A stretch of DNA of 64,000 bases from Pseudomonadota bacterium (GCA_043744215.1 JAYTVC010000032.1:2193-66192); one strand, 5' to 3'. Shown: positions 9,347 through 20,467, counted from the first letter of the stretch. The notes: generated by a model from the letters alone, not told the origin. Numbers and translations are program-made.

Positions 9347-10291
9347 TTACTGAACACTCATGTTCGATAATGCGCGCATGATTTGAATAAATGCGGGCCC
9401 CAACAACACCAGCAACAACGAGGGGAATATAAAAAATATCAATGGAAACAATAACTTAAGCGCTATTTTGGCAGCGGCTTCTTCGGCAATCTGACGGCGT
9501 TTAGTACGCAGGCTTTCCGAATGGATGCGTAATGAATCAGCCACGCTGGTGCCGAATTTTTCTGCCTGAATCAGCATCGCCACCAAGGTATCGACGTCTT
9601 CCACGCCGGTGCGCATGGCCAGATTGCGCAGTGCTTTTTCCTTCGTGTGTCCCGCTCGCAATTCCAGCGTCACCAAATGGAGTTCATTGCTTAGTACGGG
9701 CGACTTGGCATGCATTTCATCGGCCACCCGTGCGAGCGATGCGTCGATGGCAAGGCCGGCCTCTACACAAACCGTCAGCAGATCAAGCGCGTCGGGAAAA
9801 TTCTCGAATATTTCCCGTTGCCGATTGGCGATAATCCGATCCATGAAGCCATTCGGTAAGTAATAGCCGACGGAAGCGGCGAGCAACAAAAATAACAGCG
9901 TGGTGTTAGTAGTAAAGGCCTTGCCCGAGAGGCTGATGCCGACATACACCATCAGCGGAAACGCAATCGCGAGAAACGTCTTGGTGCCGAAAAATACCAT
10001 CGGCGATGAAGGGTCTCGGAAGCCGGCATTCATAAAACGGAGGCGCAGCGGAGATTTTTCCCAACCTTCTTCCGGTAACGAGAGTTTTGCAAACGGGCTT
10101 GTCAGCTTGGCGGCTTTTTCCACCCAGGTTGTGGAAGCTTCCTGCTGTCCGTACTTGACGGATGTTCCCCCCGATAAGCTTTGCAACCGGTTACGCAATG
10201 GATCGGACGAGAAGTAATACATCAGCGCCAGCGCCACGCCAAACACGGCGAAAAACAGCACAGCGAGATAGAGAATTTGCACGGGGGTCAT
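9347..10291 (-). CDS. tadC: Tad platform protein TadC
   Basis: PDALDLLTVCVEAGL, QAEKFGTS, KLLFPLIFFIFP. Confidence 0.92.
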   Translation of the reverse strand: MTPVQILYLAVLFFAVFGVALALMYYFSSDPLRNRLQSLSGGTSVKYGQQEASTTWVEKAAKLTSPFAKLSLPEEGWEKSPLRLRFMNAGFRDPSSPMVFFGTKTFLAIAFPLMVYVGISLSGKAFTTNTTLLFLLLAASVGYYLPNGFMDRIIANRQREIFENFPDALDLLTVCVEAGLAIDASLARVADEMHAKSPVLSNELHLVTLELRAGHTKEKALRNLAMRTGVEDVDTLVAMLIQAEKFGTSVADSLRIHSESLRTKRRQIAEEAAAKIALKLLFPLIFFIFPSLLLVLLGPAFIQIMRALSNMSVQ

Positions 10292-10303
10292 TTGATGAGC
10301 CTC

Positions 10304-11281
10304 TTATATCCTGATTTTGATAATGCTGCGCATCCAAAGCACACCCACCAGCATGGAAACCAGAGCGCCGGCCACCATTTTTTTACCGAATGAATCGGTA
10401 AACAATATGGACATGAATTCTGGATTGGTGATGTTAATCAACAACGCGGTGCCGAAGGGAAGCAAGGTCAAAATCCACGCCGACATTTTGCCTTCGGCGG
10501 ACAGCACCCGGACATCGCCCAGCAGCTTGACGCGCGCGCGGATAATTTTGCTAATGTTGTCGAGCAGTTCGGTCAGGTTGCCGCCTGTTTCGCGCTGAAT
10601 CAACACAGCGATGACGAAGTAACGCAGATCCGTGCTCGGCACCCTCCGGGCAAGATTGTTCAGCGCATCCGGCATGGAAATGCCGTAGTTGACTTCGTCG
10701 AATACGATTCTGAATTCCTCTGCAAGGGGAGCCGCCAATTCATCGCCAACCATTTTTACCGCGCTGGGAAACGCGTGGCCCGCACGCAAGGCCCGACCAA
10801 TGAGATCAAGCGCATCGGGCAATTGCAAATCAATTTGCGCGAGACGAGCAGATTTTTTGCTTCTGACATAAAGCAGTGGCAGGAAAGCTAATGCAAGGCC
10901 GATTACCAAGGCTAAACTGATTGACATTCCACGCAGCAACGCCAATGCACAACCGGCGATGCCGACCACGAAGCTGATCAGAAGGAATTTCGATACGCTC
11001 CATGTGAGGCCCGATTGCTCAAGCAGACGGTCAACAGATTGCACGCGCGGTATGCCCAACAAAAGCCGCTGTAGAGCCGGACTGTCGCTGAGTGTCCGCT
11101 CTTTCAGGATGGAAATATCTTCGCTACCTTCGTAGCCACCTGCAGACATTATGCGCAAACGGCGCTCCAGTCGTTTTGCTTCGGGGCCTTTGGCCGCGTT
11201 CCATTTGGTATAAAAGGCTTCCAGCCCCAATACCACTGAGACAAACAGGGCGAGTATGAACATCAGAAATAATGAATCCAT
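10304..11281 (-). CDS. tadB: Tad platform protein TadB
   Basis: PDALDLIGRALRAGH, QRETGGNL, SAEGKMS. Confidence 0.92.
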   Translation of the reverse strand: MDSLFLMFILALFVSVVLGLEAFYTKWNAAKGPEAKRLERRLRIMSAGGYEGSEDISILKERTLSDSPALQRLLLGIPRVQSVDRLLEQSGLTWSVSKFLLISFVVGIAGCALALLRGMSISLALVIGLALAFLPLLYVRSKKSARLAQIDLQLPDALDLIGRALRAGHAFPSAVKMVGDELAAPLAEEFRIVFDEVNYGISMPDALNNLARRVPSTDLRYFVIAVLIQRETGGNLTELLDNISKIIRARVKLLGDVRVLSAEGKMSAWILTLLPFGTALLINITNPEFMSILFTDSFGKKMVAGALVSMLVGVLWMRSIIKIRI

Positions 11282-11289
11282 AAAAATCT

Positions 11290-12648
11290 CTATTCGTAGC
11301 GACGACTGGGATCGAACAACTTATCAGGCAGCACGATGCCATGAGTACGTAGGCGTTCGGCAAAGCGGGGGCGCAAACCCGTAGCGCAAAAGTGACCTTG
11401 CACTTTGCCGTCATCGGACAGGCCAGTTTGTTTGAATGTATAAATTTCCTGCATGGTGATGACATCGCCTTCCATGCCGGTAATTTCCTGAATGCTGGCG
11501 ATGATCCGCCGGCCATCGGACAGCCGTGCAATTTGCACGACCGCAGTGATAGCCGAGCTGATCTGGTTGCGCATGGCACGGACAGGCATGTTTGCGTTTG
11601 CCATGCCAAGCATATTTTCCAATCGGGAAATGGCGTCGCGAGGCGTGTTGGCGTGCACCGTCGCCATCGAGCCCTCGTGGCCCGTGTTCATCGCCTGCAA
11701 CATATCGAACGCTTCTTCGCCGCGCACTTCGCCGAGAATGATACGGTCAGGGCGCATACGCAATGCGTTGCGCACCAGTGCGCGTTGCGGTACTTCGCCT
11801 TTGCCTTCGATGCTGGGCGGGCGCGTTTCCAAGCGCACCACATGCGGTTGCTGCAATTGCAATTCCGCCGCGTCTTCGATGGTGACAATACGTTCGCTGG
11901 TATCGATGTAACCCGAAAGAATATTCAGCAGTGTAGTCTTGCCGCCGCCAGTGCCGCCGGAAATCAAGATATTCAATTTCGCCCGCGCCAGTCCTTCGAG
12001 TAATTGCGCCATATCAGGCGTGAGGCTTTTTTTCTCCACAATGTCCGCCATTTTGAGCGGAATTTTTGCAAAGCGTCGGATCGACACAATCGGCCCGTCG
12101 ATGGCCAGCGGCGGAATAATCGCATTCACGCGCGAACCGTCGGGTAGACGTGCATCGACCATCGGGCTCGACTCGTCGATGCGGCGACCCACGCGCGACA
12201 CGATTTTGTCGAGAATACGCATCAAATGCGCATTGCTGTCGAATTTGATGTCGGTTTCGACGAGCTTGCCTTTAGTCTCGATGTAAACCTGCTTGTAGGT
12301 GTTAATCAAAATATCCGACACTGCCGGGTCGTCCAGCAGTGGCTCCAGCGGGCCGAAGCCAAGCATTTCGTATTGAATATCGCGCACCAGGTTTTTGCGC
12401 TCGATATCGTTGATGACGACGTCTTCTTCGTGCAGCAGGCGCTCCACCAGATGCTTCAATTCTTCCTTGACCTGAATCTCTGACAGGGTTTCCATCGCAG
12501 CGAGATTGACGCGATCAAGCACCAGTTGGTGCAACTTGATTTTGAGCTCTTGAAACGAACGGTTGCTTGCGGCAAAGGGTTTCCTGGCCATGGTGCCGAT
12601 CACCGTGGCGCTAGCATCGGAGTTATTGAGGCGGTCGCGTAATGTCAT
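11290..12648 (-). CDS. cpaF: Tad assembly ATPase CpaF/TadA
   Basis: Walker [38 protein letters not shown]. Confidence 0.95.
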   Translation of the reverse strand: MTLRDRLNNSDASATVIGTMARKPFAASNRSFQELKIKLHQLVLDRVNLAAMETLSEIQVKEELKHLVERLLHEEDVVINDIERKNLVRDIQYEMLGFGPLEPLLDDPAVSDILINTYKQVYIETKGKLVETDIKFDSNAHLMRILDKIVSRVGRRIDESSPMVDARLPDGSRVNAIIPPLAIDGPIVSIRRFAKIPLKMADIVEKKSLTPDMAQLLEGLARAKLNILISGGTGGGKTTLLNILSGYIDTSERIVTIEDAAELQLQQPHVVRLETRPPSIEGKGEVPQRALVRNALRMRPDRIILGEVRGEEAFDMLQAMNTGHEGSMATVHANTPRDAISRLENMLGMANANMPVRAMRNQISSAITAVVQIARLSDGRRIIASIQEITGMEGDVITMQEIYTFKQTGLSDDGKVQGHFCATGLRPRFAERLRTHGIVLPDKLFDPSRRYE

Positions 12649-12676
12649 GTTTTATCTCCGTTTCTGACAAGCGCGG

Positions 12677-13849
12677 CTAAGCGCGTTTGAACACCTTTGA
12701 TAACCAACTGCTGCTGTCGCGCTCAGGCACATGGGCAATCAATTGGCTCATTTCGATCAGCGCTTTGCTTACCGGGCTGTTGCGGTTCATTTTTAAAATG
12801 GGCGACCCTTGGTTCACCGAAGCGGCCACGGCGGCGTAGTGGTTGGGAATGGTGCGAGTAACCTTCACTCCCAAAGCCTGCTCCAGATCTTCAATAGTAA
12901 TTTCACTGCCTTTTTCGTAGCGATTCACGATCATCTGAATTTTGTTTCTCGGATAACCGAGCGAATTAAAAATATTCAGCAGGCGTTTGCCGTCGCGCAC
13001 ATAAGGCAAGGTCAGTTGCAGCACGGGGAAAATAATATCCGCTTGGTCCAGCGCTTTGAGCGTGGTGGTTTCGAGACTGCGGCCGACATCGATCACCACA
13101 AAATCATATTGGCTGCGCGCCAAGCGAATCAGTGTTTCCACATGTTCGGGCGTGACTTCCACCGCATGGCTAGGGTCTTCCGGCGCCGCCAGCAGGCTAA
13201 AGCTGGGCGACACCTGCAACATGCTGCCCGCCAGCAGCGATCCATCCAATCGGCGGATATCGTGCGTAATGTCCGAGAGCGTGCTGGCGGGTTTGTTTTC
13301 CGACACAAACAACGACGCATCGCCAAATTGCAGATTCAAATCCAGCATCGCCACTTTGGTATTCTCAACCGTCGAAAGTGCGTGAGCCAGATTGGTGGCC
13401 AGAAACGTCGCGCCGCTGCCGCCTTTGCACGAGATGAACGCCAGCACCTTGCCGTTTTTGGTTGGCTGCGCGCCCATTTTTTCGCGCACACGGTCGATGG
13501 CCATATGCAACATGTCGGCGCTGAAAGGCGAGGGCAATACCTCGCGCACGCCAATGCGCATGGCGTGCAACAGAAATTCCGAACTCGGCTGTTTGGCCAG
13601 GACAATGTAAATCAGTTGCGGATATAAATGGCTCAAGCGTTCCAGTGGCGCCAAATCTTCACGGCTGTCGCGCGCGCATTCCACAATCAGCAAATCGGGC
13701 GGTTGTTGCGCCGGCAGCTTCAATAATTTTTCAACGCCGCTGTCGAGCGGTATTACGGCGCTGCGCGGTTGCGCCTGCTTCACCGCCGCAAGCAGTAGCT
13801 CCAGCTCTTTGGGGTGGGGCGCAGCGACGGCGATTTTGAAATTATCCAT
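12677..13849 (-). CDS. cpaE: CpaE/TadZ (receiver-like + MinD/ParA-like domain)
   Basis: KGGSGATFLATNLA, DLNLQFGD. Confidence 0.9.
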   Translation of the reverse strand: MDNFKIAVAAPHPKELELLLAAVKQAQPRSAVIPLDSGVEKLLKLPAQQPPDLLIVECARDSREDLAPLERLSHLYPQLIYIVLAKQPSSEFLLHAMRIGVREVLPSPFSADMLHMAIDRVREKMGAQPTKNGKVLAFISCKGGSGATFLATNLAHALSTVENTKVAMLDLNLQFGDASLFVSENKPASTLSDITHDIRRLDGSLLAGSMLQVSPSFSLLAAPEDPSHAVEVTPEHVETLIRLARSQYDFVVIDVGRSLETTTLKALDQADIIFPVLQLTLPYVRDGKRLLNIFNSLGYPRNKIQMIVNRYEKGSEITIEDLEQALGVKVTRTIPNHYAAVAASVNQGSPILKMNRNSPVSKALIEMSQLIAHVPERDSSSWLSKVFKRA

Positions 13850-13891
13850 AAAACTAAGTCTCTGTATAAGTATTTGATTATTAACAATATT

Positions 13892-14344
13892 TTATCTGCA
13901 ATCAGGGTTATTGACGCTGTTCATGCTCTCCCGACGCAATGTTGTCGGTGAAGGCGGCAAGTTAATGGTAAACGGTACATAAGGAATGTAAGTGTTGATC
14001 TGTACGCCCGGCGCGATGGCTACACGCACGCTCGTGCAGGTGCTAGCGCTGCAGCCAGCAGGCAAGTATTGAATATCAATGTCTGCATCGCTGCCCAGTA
14101 GCGGCAAAATGTTACGCATGGTGGCCTTGATATCCGAATCGTCTTGGTTGCACACTGTGGCGAGGCGCGCACCGATGCTGGTGACTTCGCTGGCGGTATT
14201 GATGTAGAACAATACGCGGCCCATTTCCGTTATGCCGAACATCAACGTAAACAATAAACCCGCGATAAGCGCGAACTCAACCGCCGCCGCGCCGCGCTGC
14301 AGGCGAATTGTTTGGCGGGCGAAATTGAGTGGATTACGCATCAT
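13892..14344 (-). CDS. tadE: TadE-family pseudopilin
   Basis: QRGAAAVEFALI prepilin motif, GAR. Confidence 0.88.
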   Translation of the reverse strand: MMRNPLNFARQTIRLQRGAAAVEFALIAGLLFTLMFGITEMGRVLFYINTASEVTSIGARLATVCNQDDSDIKATMRNILPLLGSDADIDIQYLPAGCSASTCTSVRVAIAPGVQINTYIPYVPFTINLPPSPTTLRRESMNSVNNPDCR

Positions 14345-14784
14345 AGTTGTCGCATCGTGGCTGAGATGGGAGCAAAAGTGAAATTGGGCGCAACAAATGA
14401 AACCAGCGATACAAACTGATAACCCGACACTGTCACCTTGACCAGATTGACAGAGCCGCTGCCGGTCGCTTGGTTCAGATAATTTGCAGGGTCACTTACT
14501 GCATCGGTAATGGCAACATTTGTTTTAGCCAAGCCCGGCAATAAAGGAGGCGCTGTGCAATCGATGTTGCCAAAAGCCGCGAGGCATTTTGCCGCGTCAT
14601 CATTTGCCGGGCCTGCCGGCAATTGCGACAAATAGCGCGCCGCATCGCGCACGCCTTTGGTGAGGGTGTTGTATTGCGTCATGGCACGGCCGTATTCGGT
14701 TATGCCAAACGTGATAGTGATTAGCGGGATCAGCAAAAAAGCCAATTCCACAGCCGCCACCCCTTTTTGTTTTTGCCGGTTCAT
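14341..14784 (-). CDS. tadE: TadE/TadF-family pseudopilin
   Basis: QKGVAAVELAF motif, RDAARY. Confidence 0.88.
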   Translation of the reverse strand: MNRQKQKGVAAVELAFLLIPLITITFGITEYGRAMTQYNTLTKGVRDAARYLSQLPAGPANDDAAKCLAAFGNIDCTAPPLLPGLAKTNVAITDAVSDPANYLNQATGSGSVNLVKVTVSGYQFVSLVSFVAPNFTFAPISATMRQL

Positions 14785-14797
14785 TTTTTACACGCGC

Positions 14798-16237
14798 TCA
14801 CTGAATCAATGCGGCGACGAGTGGGCCGACGCTTCCTGGACCACCTACAGTGCCCGCCGTCGCGCAAGGGCTGCCTGGCTCATTGGCACGGCCGCGATAC
14901 TCCATGCGTACAACACCTTGGGTGCCATCAATTGGGTGAAGCAGAAAAACGCAGGCATACCCCAGCACAGGAATAGTGCCTGTTCCGCCTGCGCACCATG
15001 CGCTGCAATCTACGATGGGGGCGATGGCGAGCCGACGGTCTTTGCCCTTGTCGCGCAGATCGTTGGTTTGCGTAACATTGAAGGGATTACCAATACTGAG
15101 GCCGGAGTAGAGGTTGCCGTTGGCTGCATCAGGATTGCCGTACGGCGCATTCACGGCGCGCTTGGTGTTGTAGTTTTCCGCCGTACTCGTCCCACCTGGT
15201 GTTCCCCCAAGCGCATTGGAGCAACTGGGCCAGTTGGTTGGGGTATAAGCATAGCCCGTGTGGTCTGGCGGATAATCGCTTAGGTGGTTTGGTCCGTTAT
15301 AAGACCCTTTGTACAAGCCAAAACGAGTATTCCATGCTTCTCCAAGGGATGCAATCGCGCCGTTTTGCCCTACCAATGTGCCGACGGGCGGCAGGTTGTA
15401 TTGTCCAGTTCCCGCGAGCAAAGCTTTTAATTCAGTCGCACCGCCGGTTGGTGGCGTGAAGTCAATCCAATTAAAGCTGCCGGTGCAGGCCGAATCGATT
15501 ACCGTACATCCGGGGGGTAGCGCTGGCGGTGGGGGTCCTCCCGGCGGACCAAACTTTCCGCTATACCATTTGCCGAGCTGCAAACCAAAGTCAGGCGGAG
15601 AACCGGCTGCGGCTGCACAATATCCAATCGGTGCTGCATTAGCTGTCTGCCCCGGTGCCAAGGTTGCCCTGGCAACTGCATTGACTGTCTGATTACCTGC
15701 CCCCATTACTTGCATAAACCACGGCACGATGCCGGTTTGTCGCGCGATGCATTCAACAAAGCGGGATCCTCCGTCAGCACCCGCTGTAATAGTGCTGTAG
15801 GGACCGAGAGCGGTTGTGCTGAATTTGATATCGCCCACCGTAATGCCTGCAGGCGCACTTTGGAAATTTTTCTTGTTAAGGTTACTGGTGGTCAAAGCAG
15901 CATCTCTTGCCTTCGCTAAATAAGAGCCGCCACATGCCCCTGCGGCAGGGTCGCAGGTCAGCTCTTGCGAGGCGGCCAGCGCACACGAGTCTGCTGCTGC
16001 TTGCAATTCACTTTTCGCAACATACATGCGGCCAAGGTCGAGAGACAAACCGGCAAAGCCGATCAGCAACGCGAACGTCAGCGCGACAATGATGGCGACA
16101 GCACCCTGTTGTTTGCGTGGCGTCAATCGCTTCAGTTGACGGCGAGGGGAACGCGGCGATGTTAAAACATCCTGGGCAAAATTCTGCTTATCGATTTTCA
16201 TGATGGCCTCGCTTTGTTTAGCTTGCATCAAACGCAT
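14798..16237 (-). CDS. tadG: TadG-like minor pilin/adhesin
   Basis: QQGAVAIIVAL...DLGRMY..SELQAAADSCALA; Cys/Gly-rich C-terminus; true start may be downstream. Confidence 0.82.
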   Translation of the reverse strand: MRLMQAKQSEAIMKIDKQNFAQDVLTSPRSPRRQLKRLTPRKQQGAVAIIVALTFALLIGFAGLSLDLGRMYVAKSELQAAADSCALAASQELTCDPAAGACGGSYLAKARDAALTTSNLNKKNFQSAPAGITVGDIKFSTTALGPYSTITAGADGGSRFVECIARQTGIVPWFMQVMGAGNQTVNAVARATLAPGQTANAAPIGYCAAAAGSPPDFGLQLGKWYSGKFGPPGGPPPPALPPGCTVIDSACTGSFNWIDFTPPTGGATELKALLAGTGQYNLPPVGTLVGQNGAIASLGEAWNTRFGLYKGSYNGPNHLSDYPPDHTGYAYTPTNWPSCSNALGGTPGGTSTAENYNTKRAVNAPYGNPDAANGNLYSGLSIGNPFNVTQTNDLRDKGKDRRLAIAPIVDCSAWCAGGTGTIPVLGYACVFLLHPIDGTQGVVRMEYRGRANEPGSPCATAGTVGGPGSVGPLVAALIQ

Positions 16238-16243
16238 TGCTGT

Positions 16244-16519
16244 TTATTGGCCTGCGCCAATGCCGATGGTAAAGGCGCTGGCTTGGGGCTTGGGTTGCGA
16301 ATAACTTTTTTCATAGAGGTCAAACATGGCTTTTGCGGCATGCCCATCTACGAGCGTCACATCACGTTTAGCAGAAGCATCGGGATTGAGCGTCTGGTGC
16401 GCCTTGGCGAAATTAACCGCGTTACCAAACTGACTGTCGAAGCGGGGCGACACGGCGGTGCAGGCACTGCATACCATCGCAACCGCTATCAAAATACATC
16501 TGTTTATTGTATGCATCAT
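16244..16519 (-). CDS. Small Tad-associated lipoprotein
   Basis: Lipobox-like SAC, FGNAV..A...QTLNPDA motif; GGAGG RBS. Confidence 0.7.
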   Translation of the reverse strand: MMHTINRCILIAVAMVCSACTAVSPRFDSQFGNAVNFAKAHQTLNPDASAKRDVTLVDGHAAKAMFDLYEKSYSQPKPQASAFTIGIGAGQ

Positions 16520-16547
16520 ATCCTCCTAAGTGTTTGATTATTATCAG

Positions 16548-18182
16548 TTATTTTACTTCAAAGCCAGTGAGCGGTTTAGGTGGTGTGGCCGGTAGGGCGA
16601 CTGCGGCAGGTTTGCCCGGCGCGGCTTTGCCTTCCATTTGACCTTTCAAAAAGAATTCGCTGCGGCTGGGCTCAATATAGCCATCAGTCGGCAACGCATA
16701 ATCAGGCGGCAAAGGTTTGACCAAACGCGGCGTGACGATGAACACGAGTTCAGTTTTATCGGTTTGGAAATCGCTGCTGCGGAACAACGCACCGATGATG
16801 GGCAATTCGCCGAGCACGGGCAGGGCTTTGATATTTTGTGTGACATTGTTTTTGATCAGCCCGCCGATGGCGAAACTTTGGCCATCGTAGAGTTGCACGG
16901 TGGTGCCCGCGCGGCGGGTGGTGAACGAAGGCAAAATGGTTTGGCCTGCCACGCCCGTCGCGGAAATGCCGATACCACGCGGGTTGAGTTCCGACACTTC
17001 GGGCGCCACTTTCAAATTGATGCGGCCGCCATCGAGGACGGTGGGGGTAAACTTGAGGCCAACGCCAAATTCTTTTTCTTCGAGGGTGATGCGCACGAAG
17101 CCGCCATCGGCGTTTGAGGCGACGGGAATGAAAACTTTTCCGCCCGCTAGAAAGCTGCCTTCCTGCCCGCTGATGGCCATGACGGTCGGCTCGGCAAGAA
17201 TTTTTACCAGGCCGTCTTTTTTCTCGGCGTCGATCGTAATCGATTCACCGGTCGTAGTTTTAAATGCATCAAACACGCCCGTGCCACCGCTGAGAAAATT
17301 CGACAACAGGCTGAAGGTCCAACTGCCATCGGGGCGGCGGGAAGACAGGCTGACGCCGAGCTTGTCGAGCAGGGTTTTGGAAATTTCGGCGATTTTGACT
17401 TCGAGCATCACTTGCTGAGGTGCGGCAACAGAGAGCATATTGACCACCCGGCTGTTGCCTTGGCCGCCGCCCGCTGCGCCGCGCGTGAATGCGGTGGCCA
17501 GTGCCATTGCCTTATCAACCGCCAATATGTCGCTGACAGTGCCGGAGAGCACCAGCGAATCGGCAGCGGCGCTCACGCGTAAGCCTTTTTCACCCGGCAT
17601 GAGTTGGCGTATTTTGTCTTCCACTGAAATGGTGTCCATGCCGACACCGACTTCGACCAACGCGCAGCGCCCCGATGCATCCTGGAACATCAGGTTGGTT
17701 GCGCCAACTTTTTTGCCGAACACAAAAAACATGCTGCGCGGAGAAGGCGAAGTGAGGGGCTCGAGTGAAACGATGTTTGGATCGCCCACCGTGCGCAGGA
17801 ATGCACCCGATGAAAAATTGAGTTTTTGCATATTGAGCACGGTAGATTTTCCTTCCGCCACGTTTAGAAATTCGGCGGGTGCCAGCTCTGCACCGCAGGT
17901 CGGCGTGGGGATGGGCGCGGTAACGATGGTCGTCGTGCTTTTTGCAGCAGCAGGTTTTTCGGCAACGGGTTTGGCCGCTACCGTTTTTACGGCGACAGGT
18001 TTGGGCAGGACTATTTTCACCGACCCTGCCGCAGCACCGGTTTGTGCGGCGAGCGCGCCGGCTTCAACCGCTACTTGCGCATAGGATAAAGCCGGAAAAG
18101 CAAACAGTGCAACCGATACGATGGCTGCCTTGCCTGGCCGACGTATGCAGGCTGCGATGTCTGATTTATTGATGTTGTCCAT
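16548..18182 (-). CDS. cpaC: Tad secretin CpaC/RcpA
   Basis: QQVMLEVKIAE, LAEPTVMAISGQEGSFLAGG, LPVLGELPIIGALFRS; start set to MDNINK after AAGGGG. Confidence 0.92.
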   Translation of the reverse strand: MDNINKSDIAACIRRPGKAAIVSVALFAFPALSYAQVAVEAGALAAQTGAAAGSVKIVLPKPVAVKTVAAKPVAEKPAAAKSTTTIVTAPIPTPTCGAELAPAEFLNVAEGKSTVLNMQKLNFSSGAFLRTVGDPNIVSLEPLTSPSPRSMFFVFGKKVGATNLMFQDASGRCALVEVGVGMDTISVEDKIRQLMPGEKGLRVSAAADSLVLSGTVSDILAVDKAMALATAFTRGAAGGGQGNSRVVNMLSVAAPQQVMLEVKIAEISKTLLDKLGVSLSSRRPDGSWTFSLLSNFLSGGTGVFDAFKTTTGESITIDAEKKDGLVKILAEPTVMAISGQEGSFLAGGKVFIPVASNADGGFVRITLEEKEFGVGLKFTPTVLDGGRINLKVAPEVSELNPRGIGISATGVAGQTILPSFTTRRAGTTVQLYDGQSFAIGGLIKNNVTQNIKALPVLGELPIIGALFRSSDFQTDKTELVFIVTPRLVKPLPPDYALPTDGYIEPSRSEFFLKGQMEGKAAPGKPAAVALPATPPKPLTGFEVK

Positions 18183-18217
18183 GTTAACCCCCTTGGTTTT
18201 GTTTATATCGTTATAGG

Positions 18218-19096
18218 TTATTGGTAGCATTCGCGCACGCGGCCTTCGCCAGTGATGACTTCTGTGCAAACCGGCGGCGGTGGCGCTGCCGCTACGGGCG
18301 CGGCACGGTATTCGACCACGCGCTTTACCATGATTTTGGGCGCTGCCGGTTTTTCTGGCGCGGCGGCGGGAGCAGGAGCGCGCTTATCATTCAGGCCGAG
18401 CAAGTCATATTTGGTGGCGCCTTCCGATTGACCTATCTTGGGATCAACCTGGTTACGTAATACCAGCGAGAGGGAACCAACGCTGCGGGCCAGATCGAGC
18501 AACTCTGCCTGCTCGGGTGAAACCTCGAGCGTCACTGCGTTGACGACTTTCGCCTTGACTTCATCGCGGTTCGCTTCCTGGGCGACGGCCAACACAAGAA
18601 TTTTTTCCAACACGATTTTGGAAATCGAGGTGTCCGCGTCGTTATTGCGTCCTTTTTCGCCTTGCGTATTGACCAGGATATCGACGTAATTGCCCGGCAG
18701 CGCGAAGCCTGCTACGCCGACCACATCATTCACACGCACCGTCATGGCGCGTTTGCCTTCAGCCACCACGGCTGAGAGGCCGCCTTTGGAGCCGACCGGC
18801 GCGAGCTTCGCTTCGAGCAACGCTTCGCCGCGCAGGATGCCGGTTTTGGCAACGCGCGTATCAAGCAACTTGGCATCGGTGAATGCGCCGGCCGGTACGC
18901 TTCCTGAGGGCCAGTCGATGAGGTTGATCATTTCGGGCGTGATGCGTCCACCCAGATCGATATCGACTGCGGCAACGGCGATTTTGTTGGTGCTGATGGC
19001 GGCCTGACGGCTGATCCATTGCGACGCCAACACTACGGCGATCAAGCCGGCAAGAACCGCTAGGACCATCATAATGGTTGCGCGTGAGTTATTCAT
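18218..19096 (-). CDS. cpaB: Flp pilus assembly protein CpaB/RcpC
   Basis: SAF domain, GKRAMTVRVNDVVGVAGFALPGNYVD, VTLEVSPEQAE. Confidence 0.92.
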   Translation of the reverse strand: MNNSRATIMMVLAVLAGLIAVVLASQWISRQAAISTNKIAVAAVDIDLGGRITPEMINLIDWPSGSVPAGAFTDAKLLDTRVAKTGILRGEALLEAKLAPVGSKGGLSAVVAEGKRAMTVRVNDVVGVAGFALPGNYVDILVNTQGEKGRNNDADTSISKIVLEKILVLAVAQEANRDEVKAKVVNAVTLEVSPEQAELLDLARSVGSLSLVLRNQVDPKIGQSEGATKYDLLGLNDKRAPAPAAAPEKPAAPKIMVKRVVEYRAAPVAAAPPPPVCTEVITGEGRVRECYQ

Positions 19097-19144
19097 GGTG
19101 CCCCCCAGTTATTAAAATATTGTTAAAAATCATATAGTTATTGT

Positions 19145-20467
19145 TCATTCAGCAGCGAAATAATTATTCCAGGCCCAGTCGAGTTTTTGCGCGCTCATTT
19201 CAACGTTGCGGTTTTCGTATAGAGCCAGCTCTTTTAGCTGCCGCAGTAAATCACGCGGATAACAGGCCAGCAAAGGCTTGTTTTCCTTGTAATGCCGCTC
19301 ATGCAGTACATGCGCAAGCGCGTCTTCTGAAAATGGAATATCCAAAGCTTTGCATTCCTGCATGAACACGGCGCGGTATTGTTCTTCGTTCAACGCGTCG
19401 ATACGAATCTTGTAACCGAGGCGGCGCAGAAAAGCTTCATCGGCCAATTCTGCCGGCATTTTGTTGGACGAAAATACGACGGATACATCGAACGGCACGG
19501 GGAATTTATAGCCCGTGTGCAGCGACAGAAAATCTATGTGGCGCTCCATCGGCACGATCCAGCGGTTCATCAGTTCGCGAGGCGACACCATTTGGCGGCC
19601 GAGGTCATCGACAATAAAAATGCCGTTGTTGGCTTTGATGTGCGGCGGTGCTTGATAAAAACGCACGCTGTCGTCGAAGTCGAGATCGAGCATGGAGAGG
19701 GTAAGTTCGCCGCCGGTCATCACAACGGGGCGACGGCACAGGGTCCAGCGCAAGTCCAATGAGTTGTTGCGCTCCAGCCGACCCGACAGCGGCGTCACTT
19801 CCGCCAGCGCCTTGTGTGCCATAGGGTCAAAAATTTGTATCACTTCGTTCTCGACCAGTATCGCGCGGGGCACGGCAATCGTGCCGCTCAACAGCCGCTC
19901 TAATTGTTCAGCAATGAATGTTTTGCCCGCGCCGGCAGGTCCGTAAAGAAACGTTGCCTTGCGCGAATTCATCGCGGCACCTAGCTGATCCAGGATGCGT
20001 TCTTCGAGCACGATGCCATTAAAAGCCCGCTTCATACTCTCGCGGGTAATGCGTAAACTATTCAGGGACTGGCGCTGGATTTGTGCCGTGTACGCCTTCA
20101 GGCTCACGGGCGCGACACCCGCGTACTGGCTTTTGCGCATGTAATCGCCGGCGCGGTGGCGGCCGGTTTCTGTCAACGCATATTCCTGTTGTCCGCTGGT
20201 GCTGCCGCCGCGAACGACTTCGCATAATTTTTCCGAACGCATGAAATCCAGCGTGCGCTCGAAAAGACTGACGGGAAGTTTGATGTGATGGGAAATGTCG
20301 GCAAGCGGAAGTTGCCCACGCAGGAACAAAATTTTTGCGACCAACTCGACCAGAAACAAAAACGGGAGACCGGATTCTTCAATGGTGCGAGGGGGTGCAG
20401 GCAGATAGGCGGCAGTCATATCACTGCTTGGCTCCCTTTCAACTTCTTGTAATTCTGGCGCTGACAT
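19145..20467 (-). CDS. Uncharacterised AAA+ ATPase within Tad locus
   Basis: Walker A GPAGAGKT, Walker B IFIVDDLGRQ, DEAFLRRLGYK. Confidence 0.85.
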   Translation of the reverse strand: MSAPELQEVEREPSSDMTAAYLPAPPRTIEESGLPFLFLVELVAKILFLRGQLPLADISHHIKLPVSLFERTLDFMRSEKLCEVVRGGSTSGQQEYALTETGRHRAGDYMRKSQYAGVAPVSLKAYTAQIQRQSLNSLRITRESMKRAFNGIVLEERILDQLGAAMNSRKATFLYGPAGAGKTFIAEQLERLLSGTIAVPRAILVENEVIQIFDPMAHKALAEVTPLSGRLERNNSLDLRWTLCRRPVVMTGGELTLSMLDLDFDDSVRFYQAPPHIKANNGIFIVDDLGRQMVSPRELMNRWIVPMERHIDFLSLHTGYKFPVPFDVSVVFSSNKMPAELADEAFLRRLGYKIRIDALNEEQYRAVFMQECKALDIPFSEDALAHVLHERHYKENKPLLACYPRDLLRQLKELALYENRNVEMSAQKLDWAWNNYFAAE

